Assembly: GCA_963754485.1 (NCBI GenBank)
Contig: CAVWFY010000006.1
Span: 83,205-147,204, forward strand
Direction: 5' to 3'
DNA from: an uncultured Chloroflexia bacterium
GTDB taxonomy: Bacteria > Chloroflexota > Limnocylindria > Limnocylindrales > CSP1-4
DNA length: 64,000 bases
Below the pieces are notes generated by a model. It was not told the origin of the DNA. It made no database searches and worked only from the letters and a program-made list of their open reading frames with translations. Of this stretch, positions 19,057 to 29,262 are shown in pieces. Both the position numbers and the translations under genes were made by a program. Each line of letters starts with the position of its first letter. Within the stretch, counting starts at the first letter, position 1.

Positions 19057-20811
19057 GTGACGCTCACCGAACCGGCCACGCCACGCGGCAATGCGCACCG
19101 CCTCTCACGCCCGGTGCTGGATGCCCTGCGGACCGGCGCCGGCCCCGCGCCCGTCGCCCTGCGCGGCATGGCGCTGCTGTCGGACGCGGTGCTCAACAAG
19201 GACGCGGCCTTCACCGACGACGAGCGTCGCGACCTGGGGCTGCGCGGCCTCCTCCCACCGCGTGTCGTGGACATCGATCACCAGGTCGCCCTGGAGCTCG
19301 AGCACGTCCGGCGCAAGGCTGACGACCTGGAACGCTACATCGGGCTGGCGGCCCTGCATGACCGCAACGAGACCCTCTTCCACCGCGTGCTCCTGGAGCA
19401 CCTGGAGGAGCTGCTCCCGATCGTCTACACGCCCACCGTCGGCCGTGCCTGCCAGGACTTCAGCCACCTGTGGCGCCGTCCCCGCGGCGTCTGGATCACA
19501 CCGGACGACGTCGATCGCGTGCCCGAGATCCTGCGCAATGCCGCGCTCGACGAGATCCGGCTGATCGTCGTGACCGACAACGAGCGGATCCTCGGTCTCG
19601 GCGACCAGGGAGCCGGCGGCATGCCGATCCCCGTGGGCAAGCTCGCGCTGTACTCTGCCGCGGCCGGCATCCACCCGGGGCTCACGCTCCCGGTCTCCCT
19701 GGACGTCGGCACGGACCGCGTGGAGCTCCTCGTGGACCCCCTCTACGTGGGTTGGCGGCACCCGCGCCTGCGTGGCGATGCCTACGACGAGGTGGTCGAA
19801 GCCTTCGTCGCCGGCGTGCGCGAGGTCCTGCCGAGGGCCGTGCTCCAGTGGGAGGACTTCAAGCAGCACAACGCGATCCGCCTGCTGCACCGCTATCGCG
19901 ACTGGGTCTGCTCGTTCAACGACGACATCCAGGGCACGTCCGCCATCGCCCTGGCCGCGATCCTCGGGGCGCTGCGCTCCACCGGCCGTCCGCTCGTGGG
20001 CAGCCGGTTCGTGCTGGCCGGCGCGGGGGCGGCGGGCTCGGGCATCGCGCGGCTGCTGCGCGTGGCGATGGTCGAGGCGGGCCTGTCGGCCGCCGAGGCC
20101 CGCGACGCGATCGCGATGCTGGACTCGCACGGCCTGATTGTCGAGGGGCGCCCGGGGCTCGAGGACGACAAGAAGGATGGGGCCCTGCCGAGGGACGTCG
20201 TCACGGCCATGGGGCTCGACCCCGATGCCCCGCACGACCTGCACGAGGTCGTGGCGGCCTTCCGGCCCGACGTCCTGCTGGGCACGACGGGCGTCGGTGG
20301 CGCGTTCACGGAGGAGACGATCCGGGCGATGGCCGATGGCTGCGAGCGCCCGATCGTCCTGCCGCTCTCGAACCCGACCTCGAGCACCGAGGCGCGCCCC
20401 TCGGACATCCTCGCCTGGACCGAGGGCCGGGCGGTCGTCGCCACGGGCAGCCCGTTCGCGCCGGTCGAATTCGGCGGCCGTGCCATCCGCATCCCGCAGG
20501 CCAACAACGCGTACGTGTTCCCGGGCATCGGCCTAGGGGCCATCGTGTCCGAGGCGCGGATCCTGCCCGACTCAGCGTTCCTCGTCGCGGCGCGGCGCCT
20601 GGCCGACATGACCTCCCCGGCCGGGCTGGCCGAGGGCGCCCTGTTCCCGCCCATCGCGGACCTCCGCAGCGTGGCGCGCGAGATCGCGATCGCGGTGGTT
20701 GCGCACCTGGGCGAGCTGGGCGTCGGGCGGCGGTTCCCGCTGGCCGCGATCCCGGCCGCGGTGGACGCCGCCATGTGGCGGCCAGCCTACGTGAAGTACG
20801 AGGCCGTCTAG
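19057..20811 (+). CDS. maeA: NAD-dependent malic enzyme
   Basis: PIVYTPTVG, ILGLGDQG, FNDDIQGT, GAGAAG, LSNPT, QANNAYVFPG. Confidence 0.93.
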   Translation: MTLTEPATPRGNAHRLSRPVLDALRTGAGPAPVALRGMALLSDAVLNKDAAFTDDERRDLGLRGLLPPRVVDIDHQVALELEHVRRKADDLERYIGLAALHDRNETLFHRVLLEHLEELLPIVYTPTVGRACQDFSHLWRRPRGVWITPDDVDRVPEILRNAALDEIRLIVVTDNERILGLGDQGAGGMPIPVGKLALYSAAAGIHPGLTLPVSLDVGTDRVELLVDPLYVGWRHPRLRGDAYDEVVEAFVAGVREVLPRAVLQWEDFKQHNAIRLLHRYRDWVCSFNDDIQGTSAIALAAILGALRSTGRPLVGSRFVLAGAGAAGSGIARLLRVAMVEAGLSAAEARDAIAMLDSHGLIVEGRPGLEDDKKDGALPRDVVTAMGLDPDAPHDLHEVVAAFRPDVLLGTTGVGGAFTEETIRAMADGCERPIVLPLSNPTSSTEARPSDILAWTEGRAVVATGSPFAPVEFGGRAIRIPQANNAYVFPGIGLGAIVSEARILPDSAFLVAARRLADMTSPAGLAEGALFPPIADLRSVAREIAIAVVAHLGELGVGRRFPLAAIPAAVDAAMWRPAYVKYEAV

Positions 20812-21048
20812 GCTCCGCCCGCGGTAGGGCCATCCGACATCGGATCGAGTCCGGCCCCGCCGTGCGGGACCGCTGGCTCCAACTCGATAGTCGTCCAGTG
20901 GGTCCCTCGGGAGCGACCCGGATCTCATCCGAAAGCGGGTGACGCGGGCGTCGGATGCGGCGCCACACGCGATCGGCGCCACACAACGGCGACTCCAGCC
21001 GTCACGCACCCGGCCGGCCCGCCCTCCGGTCCGCACGGAGATCGCCGC

Positions 21049-22806
21049 ATGTCCTCGCTCCTCCGCCGGATCGTGCTGTTCGCGCTCGTGGGCGGCATCC
21101 TGTTCGACGTCCTCGCTCCGGGCAATGCTGCCGGGCTCAACGCGGCCATCCTGATGGCCGCCTTCCTGGCCGCCGCGCTGCTCGTCGCCGGACGAGACGG
21201 GATCCGGCGCATGGATCCTGCCGACGCCTGGCTCGCCCCCGCGGCCCTGGCTCTCGCGTCGATGGCCGTGGTCCGCGCCGACGACTGGCTCGTGACCCTC
21301 GACCTGCTGCTCGCGGCGGTCCTGGCCGCCGGGTCCGTGGGGTGCCTGGCCGGCGGGCGGATCACCCGAGGCCTCGTTCCGCACGTCCTGGAGCTGGCCG
21401 TCGGTGCCGTTGCCGCGGCCGCGATCGGGGCGGGGAGTGTCCTGCGGGCGCCGCGCCCCGGGACTGCCGGCGCCGCCGCGCCCTCCCGCTGGAGACGCCT
21501 GGGTGGACGGTTCCATCGGGGCGCGCCCGTCGCGCGGGGCCTGGTCATCGCCCTGCCGGTCGTCACCGTGTTCATCGCCCTGTTCGCCTCCGCCGATGCC
21601 GTCTTTGCCCGGCTGACCTCGGACGTGCTGGCATGGCAGCCGGACGTGGACGTGGAGGACCTGCTGTTCCGGACCGTCGTGGTGACCCTGGTTGCCTGGG
21701 GAGCTGCCGGGCTGCTGGGTCTGGCGGCCGGCCTGCTGCCAGCGCATGCGGCGACCCATGCCGTGCAGCGGCCGGAGCCCGTCGGCGGCGTGGAGCCCAC
21801 CGGTGATACGGGGGAGGCGCCCCCGCCCGCGTCCGCAGGCGCGGCCTCGAAGGCGACGCCTACCACCGCCGTGCCGTCCGAGCCGCCCCTCCCGCCCGCG
21901 CGTGTGGCACCACCGGCCGGCGGGGCCTGGTACGGTCCGGCGGCCCCGTACGCGCCCGTGGTCTGGCCCCCGGTCGCCGCGGCCGACGATCGCCCCCCGC
22001 TGCGCCTCGGAACAACAGAGGCGGCCACGATCCTGGTCGTCGTCGACGCACTCTTCGCCGCCTTCGTTGTCCTACAGCTCGCCTACCTGTTCGGCGGCAC
22101 CGACACGATGGCCATGGCCGGGCTCACCTACGCGGAGTACGCCCGCCGTGGGTTCTTCGAACTGGTGCTCGTCACCATGCTGGCCGGGCTGCTCGTCGTG
22201 ACGCTGGACCTTGCGGTCGGCTCGCGGTCACGCGGCCAGCTGGCCGGCGCGCTCGCGCTGCTGGCGCTCACGGCCGTCGTGCTCGTATCGGCCTTCACCC
22301 GGCTGCGCCTGTACCAGTCGATGTACGGCTGGACGGAGCTTCGCCTCGTCGTGCTGGTCGCGATCGCATGGCTCGCCGTGGCGCTCGCGGTGACCGCGGG
22401 CCTGCTCCTCGCGCGTCGCACCCGCTGGACGCTGCACGCCCTCGGGATCATGGTCCTGGTGGCGGTCGGCGGCATGAACGCGGTCGGCCCGCAGGCGTTC
22501 GTGACGGAGCGGAACCTGGAGCGGGCGATCGACCCGTCGCTGGTACCGCCCGGCGGCAGCACGGGTCTCGACACGGACTACCTCACGCAGCTCGGCGACG
22601 AGGCGGTCGTGCCGGTCGTGGATGTGTGGGATCGGCTCGGGCAGGCGGACCGGGAGGCGCTGGCCCCGGCGCTCGCGTGGCGCGAGGAGCAGCTGCGCAC
22701 GGACCCGTCCCTGCAGGGCTGGCCCGCCTGGAACCTCACCCGCGAGCGGGCCCGCGCGGCGCTGCTGGTGTGGGAGGCAGTGCAGGGCACCGCCTCCCGC
22801 CAATAG
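21049..22806 (+). CDS. DUF4153-like polytopic membrane protein
   Basis: LFASADAVF, TYAEYARRGFFEL, RLRLYQSMYGWTELR, DTDYL motifs. Confidence 0.75.
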   Translation: MSSLLRRIVLFALVGGILFDVLAPGNAAGLNAAILMAAFLAAALLVAGRDGIRRMDPADAWLAPAALALASMAVVRADDWLVTLDLLLAAVLAAGSVGCLAGGRITRGLVPHVLELAVGAVAAAAIGAGSVLRAPRPGTAGAAAPSRWRRLGGRFHRGAPVARGLVIALPVVTVFIALFASADAVFARLTSDVLAWQPDVDVEDLLFRTVVVTLVAWGAAGLLGLAAGLLPAHAATHAVQRPEPVGGVEPTGDTGEAPPPASAGAASKATPTTAVPSEPPLPPARVAPPAGGAWYGPAAPYAPVVWPPVAAADDRPPLRLGTTEAATILVVVDALFAAFVVLQLAYLFGGTDTMAMAGLTYAEYARRGFFELVLVTMLAGLLVVTLDLAVGSRSRGQLAGALALLALTAVVLVSAFTRLRLYQSMYGWTELRLVVLVAIAWLAVALAVTAGLLLARRTRWTLHALGIMVLVAVGGMNAVGPQAFVTERNLERAIDPSLVPPGGSTGLDTDYLTQLGDEAVVPVVDVWDRLGQADREALAPALAWREEQLRTDPSLQGWPAWNLTRERARAALLVWEAVQGTASRQ

Positions 22807-22818
22807 GATCGCTGGCGA

Positions 22819-23796
22819 TCAGCTGCCGCCGCCCCAGCCCGGGACCGGCTCGGCCGGCGCGGGCTTGGGCATGAACCTGCGGAACGCCCAGCGGGCGATC
22901 AGCACGATGACCAGCAGGACGAGGATCACCGGCAGCCAGACGATGCCGAACCAGATCGCCCCCGAGACGATCGCCTGGCCGGCGCCGATGAGGGTCGCCG
23001 TCGCGCCGTCCACGTCGGACGTCGGATCCCAGCCCTTGGCCGTCTCCTGGACCTGGACGATCTCGGTACCGAAGGTGGCCACCAGCGTTCCGTACGCGAC
23101 CTGGTCCTGCAGCTGCAGCCGCTGGCCGTCCAGCTGCTCGATCTGGCCGCGGACGTCGGCGATCCGCGCCTCTACCTCCAGGAGGTCGGTGACCTTGCCC
23201 GTGCCCTTGGCGATGTCCACGAGCACCTGCTCGCTGGCCCGCAGGTTCCGGAGCCGGGCCTCGATGTCGACCAGCTGCCCGCCCACCTCGGTCGCCTGGG
23301 TCTGCTCGCCCACGACCTCGGTCGCGAGGCCGCGCAGCGACGCCAGGGCATCCTCCCAGCGGGAGGCCGGGACGCGGTAGGTGATGGTGGCGACGGAGCG
23401 GTCGCCGTCGTTGGCCTCCTGCGAGGCGCCGATGTAGCCGCCAGTGGCCAGCACGGAGGTCCTGGCCCTGGCGAGGGCGGCCTGCAGGTCGTCCACGACG
23501 AGCTCGAGGGAGCCCGTGTAGACGATCTTGAGGTCGTCGCGCGGCGCGGACGGGGCCTGGCCGTCGCCGGAACCCGCGGCCCTGTAGGACGTGTCCTCGG
23601 CAGGGGCCTCGACGGCGGGCGCCTCGGACGCGGCAGCGGCCTGGGGGATGGCGCCGCTCTCGCCGCCGTCGACGGAGTTGCCTACGGTCGAGAGGATCGA
23701 TGACGAGCTGCCGCCGCAGGCGGCGAGGAGCATCGCCAGGACGGCGATGGGAATCAGGAGGTTGAGCAGCCGGCTCCGCGGTCTGGCGTTCGACAT
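22819..23796 (-). CDS. DUF4349-like lipoprotein
   Basis: Lipobox LLAAC, TYRVP, coiled coil DIEARLRNL, C-terminal TM. Confidence 0.8.
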   Translation of the reverse strand: MSNARPRSRLLNLLIPIAVLAMLLAACGGSSSSILSTVGNSVDGGESGAIPQAAAASEAPAVEAPAEDTSYRAAGSGDGQAPSAPRDDLKIVYTGSLELVVDDLQAALARARTSVLATGGYIGASQEANDGDRSVATITYRVPASRWEDALASLRGLATEVVGEQTQATEVGGQLVDIEARLRNLRASEQVLVDIAKGTGKVTDLLEVEARIADVRGQIEQLDGQRLQLQDQVAYGTLVATFGTEIVQVQETAKGWDPTSDVDGATATLIGAGQAIVSGAIWFGIVWLPVILVLLVIVLIARWAFRRFMPKPAPAEPVPGWGGGS

Positions 23797-23986
23797 TCGG
23801 TTCCCACCCTTTGCGATGGGCACGTGGCTCGCGTGCTCGGGGCCGCATGTTGCGGCGATAGGCGGACGCGGTTCGCGCCGCGCGGGTTCCGCATCGTGCG
23901 CATCGTGCGCGCACGACCCCCAACCGCGGTCCAGGGATGTCCCGCATGCCCGGACCCGGGGTTCCGTGGCGGGGTATCGTGCCGCC

Positions 23987-25076
23987 ATGCGACTCCCGTT
24001 CGAGCCCCCGGTGGAGCCCATGCTCGCCAAGGCGTCCGACACCCTGCCCGAGGGCGACGGCTGGCTCTACGAGCCCAAGTGGGACGGGTTCCGCGCGCTC
24101 GTGTTCCGCGACGGCGACGAGATCCTCACCCAGAGCCGGGACCTCAAGCCGCTGGACCGCTACTTCCCGGAGCTCGCGGCGCCGTTCCGGGCCCAGCTCC
24201 CGGAGCGCTGCGTGCTCGACGGCGAGGTGGTCATCGCCCGAAACGGCGCCCTGGACTTCGAGGCGCTGCTGCTCCGGATCCACCCGGCCGCGTCGCGGGT
24301 CGCCATGCTCGCCGCGGAGAGCCCGGCCTCGTTCGTGGCCTGGGACCTCCTGGCGCTCGGCGACGAGGACCTGCGGGCGGTCCCGCAGGGCGAGCGACGG
24401 AGCCCGGCTCGTGGAGGCCCTCGCCGGCGTCGTCGCACCCGTCCACGTCACGCCCGCCACGCAGGACCGTGCTCTCGCCACCGAGTGGTTCGAGCACTTC
24501 GAGGGCGCTGGTCTGGACGGCGTGGTCGCCAAGCGCCTCGAGGGCGCCTATCAGCCCGGCAAGCGCGCCATGCTCAAGATCAAGCACGGGCGGACCGCCG
24601 ATTGCGTGGTCGCGGGCTTCCGCTGGCACAAGAACGGGCCAGGGACGCACGTCGGCAGCCTGCTGCTCGGCCTGTTCGACGACGGGGGCAAGCTCCACCA
24701 CGTCGGCATCACGTCCTCGTTCACCTGGGAGCGGCGCGCCGCGCTGGTCGAGGAGCTGGCGCCGCTCCGGGATGGCGCCCTGGACGGGCACCCCTGGGCC
24801 GAGTGGGCCGAGTGGGCGAGCACCGGCACCGATGGCTCCGGCCAGCGCCTCCCTGGCGCCGGCTCGCGCTGGAACCGCGGCAAGGACCTGAGCTGGGAGC
24901 CGCTGCGCTGCGAGCGCATCGCCGAGGTCGGCTACGACCACCTCCAGGGCGACCGGTTCCGCCACGCGACCACGTTCAAGCGCTGGCGCCCGGACAAGGC
25001 CCCCGCGGACTGCCGCTACGACCAGCTCGAGACCACCGTGCCGTTCGAGCTGGCGCGCATCTTCGGCGGCGGCTGA
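23987..25076 (+). CDS. ligC: ATP-dependent DNA ligase (LigC type), frameshift near 24400
   Basis: PMLAK, YEPKWDGFR, LDGE, DGVVAK, KIKH, RFRH...RWRPDK split over two frames. Confidence 0.9.
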
Positions 25077-25082
25077 CCGGAC

Positions 25083-26408
25083 GTGACCCCGGACGGCGGC
25101 TCCGGCATCCTGGCCCTGCCGGCCGGGCTCGTCGGCGGGCTCGCGATCGCCGGCTTCGTCGTCGCCATCCTGGCCGCCGCCGATCACGCCGGTCCTCTCG
25201 CGCCTCGACCGGCTGGAGGCGTGGCGGGGGCCGCTCAAGCTCGTTCCCTACGCGCTGCTCCTGGTCGGCGCGATCCTCGCCGGTGCGGCGGCCGTGCTCG
25301 GGTCGGTGTCGGCCGAACGGCCCGGCGTGCGCGAGGTGGCGTCCGTTGCCCTCGCGATCCTGTGCCTCACGCCGCTCATCGGCGCATCGGCCGTCCGGCT
25401 CCGCTATGGCGCCCCGGGCAGGCGGACCTTCCAGCAGCAGATCGCCGCCAACCGCGGCTCGTCCGTGCTCCTCGTCGCCGTCCTGTTCGAGATCATGGCG
25501 GTCACGGGGTTCCTGATCGGCGCGGCGGTGGGGGTCGCGTTCGGGCCGCGCTTGCCGCGGGGCTGGCGGTCGCGGCGATCTCGATCCTGGTGACATTGGG
25601 GGCGACCGGCTTCGCGATGGCCTCCGGCGACGGCATGGTCCTGGACATCACGGCGGCGAAAGAGGCGGGTCCGCAGGAGCAGCAGCTCAGGAACGTCGTC
25701 GCGGAGCTGGCCACGGCGGCGGGGATCGCGGCCCCCAGGGTCTACGTCATCGAGTCGCCCGCGGCCAACGCGCTGTCGGTTGGTCGCAACCCGTCGAACG
25801 CCTCCATCGCCATCACGCGCGGCCTGCTGGAGAAGCTGGACCGCGAGGAGCTCCAGGGCGTCATCGCCCACGAGCTCGCGCACATCGCCAACCTGGACTC
25901 GCGGCACGCCGTGCTCGTCGCGCTGCTCGTGGGCGCCATCGTCCTGCTGACCGACGTGTTCCTGTCGCTGATCATCGAGGTGGCCAAGAATCCCTGGACC
26001 GGCAACGACATCGGGGACACGCTCGCGGCCCTCGCGCTGTGGCTGGTGGTCGTGGTGGTCGGGCTGATCGTCGGGGGCCTGCTCAGGCTGCTGGCGCCCG
26101 TCGCCGCGCTCGCCGTCCAGGCGGCGGTCAGCCGGGATCGCGAGTACCTGGCGGATGCGACCGCCGTCGGCATCACCCGCAACACCGCCGGGCTCATCGG
26201 CGCGCTGGTGAAGCTGGAGCGGACCCGGGCCGAGATGAAAGACACCAACCGCGGCACCCAGCACCTGTGGATCGTGAACCCGGTCAAGGAGGGCAAGGAG
26301 GGTGGACGCGGCTGGTTCGATACCCACCCCGCGACCTCGGACCGCATCGAACGCCTGCGGGCGCTGACCGGGCAGGACACGGAGCGCGGGGACGCGAAGG
26401 CCACCTGA
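25083..26408 (+). CDS. M48/HtpX-like zinc metalloprotease with extra N-terminal membrane segment; about 2 frameshifts
   Basis: TFQQQIAANR, HELAH, SRDREYLAD, THP...RIERL. Confidence 0.85.
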   Translation: MTPDGGSGILALPAGLVGGLAIAGFVVAILAAADHAGPLAPRPAGGVAGAAQARSLRAAPGRRDPRRCGGRARVGVGRTARRARGGVRCPRDPVPHAAHRRIGRPAPLWRPGQADLPAADRRQPRLVRAPRRRPVRDHGGHGVPDRRGGGGRVRAALAAGLAVAAISILVTLGATGFAMASGDGMVLDITAAKEAGPQEQQLRNVVAELATAAGIAAPRVYVIESPAANALSVGRNPSNASIAITRGLLEKLDREELQGVIAHELAHIANLDSRHAVLVALLVGAIVLLTDVFLSLIIEVAKNPWTGNDIGDTLAALALWLVVVVVGLIVGGLLRLLAPVAALAVQAAVSRDREYLADATAVGITRNTAGLIGALVKLERTRAEMKDTNRGTQHLWIVNPVKEGKEGGRGWFDTHPATSDRIERLRALTGQDTERGDAKAT

Positions 26409-26415
26409 CGCCAAC

Positions 26416-26446
26416 TTGACTGTGACGTATTGCGGCGTGCTACGTT
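26416..26446 (+). promoter_or_regulatory. Promoter of the toxin-antitoxin operon (leaderless)
   Basis: TTGACT at 26416; extended -10 TGcTACGTT at 26438-26446; ATG 7 nt later. Confidence 0.5.
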
Positions 26447-26453
26447 GCATCGC

Positions 26454-26894
26454 ATGAGCGAGCGAGCAGACGCGAGGCGGGCCCTCCGCGAGACGACCAG
26501 CTTCCGGTTCCCCCAGACCCTCGTCCAGCGGCTCGACCGTCGTGCGGGGAACCTCGGCGTCACCCGCACGACGCTGGCCGAGCAGTATCTCGAGGAAGGC
26601 CTGCGGCTCGTCGAGCACCCGGGCATCGCCTTCCGGGACGGCGCATCGGGCGAGCGGCGGGCGGCGATCTCCGGCACCCGCCTTGATGTGTGGATGGTGG
26701 TGGAGATCATCCGGGCGAACGGTGGCATCGCGGGGGCGGCCGACTACCTGGAGGTGCCGGCCCACCGGATCGAGACCGCCGCGCGCTACTACGCCGCGTA
26801 TCCGGATGAAGTCGACGACGAGATCCGGCAGAACGAGGAGTACGCCGAGCGCGAGATGCAGCTTGACGCTGAACGGCGCCGGCTCCTCGGGTGA
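26454..26894 (+). CDS. Antitoxin: RHH-like plus DUF433 (VapB45-like)
   Basis: TTSFRF..., HPGIAFRDG..RRAAISGTRLDVW, AARYYAAYPDEVD. Confidence 0.8.
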   Translation: MSERADARRALRETTSFRFPQTLVQRLDRRAGNLGVTRTTLAEQYLEEGLRLVEHPGIAFRDGASGERRAAISGTRLDVWMVVEIIRANGGIAGAADYLEVPAHRIETAARYYAAYPDEVDDEIRQNEEYAEREMQLDAERRRLLG

Positions 26895-27268
26895 GGTTCC
26901 TGCTCGACGAGCACATCTCGCCCCTGGTCGCGGCGAGGCTCCGGGCACTCGGCCACGAGGCCGTCGCCGTGGCCGAACGCGAGAGCATGCGTGGCGGGTC
27001 GGACGACCGGATCCGTGAGGCTGCGGCAGCCGAGGACCGGGTGCTGGTGACGTACGACGTACGCGATTTCGGGAGCCTTGGGGCGCGCATCGCAGCGGCC
27101 GGCGAGCCTCACCCCGGCATCATCCTCGTGTCGAGCCGGAGGTTCCCGCCTTCGGTCGCCAACGTCGGACGCGTGGCCGACGCGCTCCACGCCCTGGCGA
27201 TCTCGACCCGCGCAGGCGGCCTGGACGACCGGGTTGTCTGGCTCTCCGAGGCCGGCGGCGCCGCCTGA
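26891..27268 (+). CDS. DUF5615/VapC45-like PIN-domain toxin
   Basis: RFLLDEHIS, SDD, RVLVTYD..DF, HPGII; GTGA overlap with the antitoxin. Confidence 0.85.
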   Translation: MRFLLDEHISPLVAARLRALGHEAVAVAERESMRGGSDDRIREAAAAEDRVLVTYDVRDFGSLGARIAAAGEPHPGIILVSSRRFPPSVANVGRVADALHALAISTRAGGLDDRVVWLSEAGGAA

Positions 27269-27314
27269 CGGCTACTCGAACAAGATCGTCCGGCCCCGGG
27301 GAAGCGAGCCCGGT

Positions 27315-28812
27315 TCAGCTCGCCAATTCGTCGGTCGACGGCGAAGGGCTGGCGCGACGGGTCGGCGTCCGGCCGGCCATCCAGGCGGCCCGCTCGTCGT
27401 CGGACAGGTTCGCCCAGTCGTCCGGGGCGGCGTCGGGGTCGAGCGGCTCCTGCGGCGGCCGCAGAGCCTCCGGCACGTGGACGAGGTTCAGCCGGAGGCG
27501 GTACCAGGCGTACGCGCGGCCGCGCATCGCCGTCTCGATGACGTCCGCGGGCTCCAGGTACGTGGCGGCCTCCGGGTGGCGGGCCTTCCAGCGCTCGAGG
27601 CCCTCGTAGCACCTCCGCCTTGGTGGGCGCCCGACCCAGCTCGATCACCGGGACGCTCGACCGGCGGCGCCCGGTGGGCGACGGGCGCGATCCCTCCCAC
27701 TCCGTCGGCAGCCCGGCGTTCGGGTCACCCGCCGCGACCGCGGCCGCACGCGCCTCGGCGACCTCGGGCGGGGGACCGCCGTCGACGCCGCGGCCCGCGT
27801 AGTCCGCATCGGCGCGACGCTTGCGGGACGGCTGGACGCGCGGCGGCTCGCCCTCCTGCTTGGCGTAGTTGGGCGGCCACGGTGCGTCGCCCTCGCCCTC
27901 GGCCTCGTGGCGCTTCGACAGCTCCAGCAGGGCGTCGAGCGAGCCCACCATGCCGTCGATCCCCGCCCCGGCGTCGCCGCGCTCCGCGTACAGCGCGGGA
28001 ACGGTCGCCAGCGTGAAGTCCTCCATGGCGCAGTCCGGCACCTCGTCCCAGCGCAGCGGGAACGAGACCCGCGCGTCCGGCGTGGGCCGCACGGAGTAGG
28101 CGGACGCGACGGTCCGGTCCTTCGCGTTCTGGTTGTAGTCCAGGAAGACGCCGTGGCGCTCCTCCTTCCACCACTTGCTGGTGGCGATCGACGGCGCCCG
28201 CCGCTCCACGTCCCGTGCCAGCGCGAGGGCCGCCCGCCGGACCTCCGGGTACGTCCAGCGCGGCTCGATGCGCACGTTGATGTGGATGCCGCGCGAGCCG
28301 GACGTCTTCGGCCAGCCGACGAGGCCCACCGCCTCGAGCGCCTCGCGGCAGACCAGCGCGACCTCGCGCACGTCCGACCAGGGCACGCCGGGGACGGGAT
28401 CGAGGTCGATGCGCAGCTCGTCGGGGTGGTCCAGGTCCTCGGCGCGGACGGGATGCGGGTTGAGGTCGAGGCAGCCCAGGTTGGCGACCCAGGCGAGGCC
28501 CGCCGCCTCGTCCACGACCAGCTCGTCCGCGGTTCGCCCGGAGGGGAACGTCAGCGTGGCGACGCGCATCCAGTCGGGGCGGTTGTCCGGGGCCCGCTTC
28601 TGGAAGAACGGCTCCTTCTCGGCGCCGTCGACGAAGCGCTTGAGCGCCATCGGCCGGCCGCGGACGCCGACCAGCGCGCCGTCGGCCACGGCGAGGAAGT
28701 AGCGGACGAGGTCCAGCTTGGTGTGGCCGGCGCGCGGGAAGTAGACCTTGTCCGGGTTGCTGACCGCGACCTCGCGGCCGCCGATGTCCAGGATCTCCTT
28801 CCGGGTGACCAT
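27315..28812 (-). CDS. LigD-type primase-polymerase (Prim-PolC-like) with C-terminal extension; frameshift near 27605
   Basis: SNPDKVYF, FFQK, ELRIDLDP, KTSGSRGIH, FLDYNQNA, YSVR; tail continues in the frame of ORF 27315-27527. Confidence 0.88.
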
Positions 28813-28832
28813 GGCATTGATCCTAGGCGACC

Positions 28833-28859
28833 TGTCGATTCACGTGTCTTGCGTTCGTC
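28833..28859 (+). promoter_or_regulatory. ECF42-type promoter upstream of the DGPF/YciI gene
   Basis: TGTCGA-17 bp-CGTC matches the consensus I recall for ECF42 sigma targets. Confidence 0.6.
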
Positions 28860-28914
28860 GTTAGGATGCGAGGGCCGGAGGAGCCGGCCCGGTCACGGGA
28901 CGAGGAGGCACGCG

Positions 28915-29262
28915 ATGCGCTACCTGCTGATGATCTACGAGGAGCCTCCGGCCACGCCGCCCACCGACGAGGAGTGGGCCGCGATGATGCCGGAGTACAA
29001 CGCGTTCGGTGCCTGGGCGGCCGAGAAGGGCTGGATGCTCGGCGGCGAGGCGCTCCAGGACGTCTCGACGGCGACGACGGTGTCGGTCCGCGATGGGCGG
29101 AGGATCGTGACGGACGGGCCGTTTGCCGAGACCAAGGAGCACCTGGGCGGGTACTACCTGATCGACGCCCCGTCGCTCGACGACGCCATCGAGGCCGCCG
29201 CCCGGATTCCCGGGGCTCGGTTCGGCAAGGTCGAGGTCCGCCCGATCATGGAGATGGGCTGA
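28915..29262 (+). CDS. YciI/DGPF-domain protein
   Basis: MRYLLMIY, TDGPFAETKEHLGGYY, VEVRP; GAGGAGG RBS. Confidence 0.92.
   Translation: MRYLLMIYEEPPATPPTDEEWAAMMPEYNAFGAWAAEKGWMLGGEALQDVSTATTVSVRDGRRIVTDGPFAETKEHLGGYYLIDAPSLDDAIEAAARIPGARFGKVEVRPIMEMG

Noticed and set aside
26400-27300. TA pair as part of a prophage or IS element
   Set aside because: No integrase, transposase or terminal repeats seen nearby.
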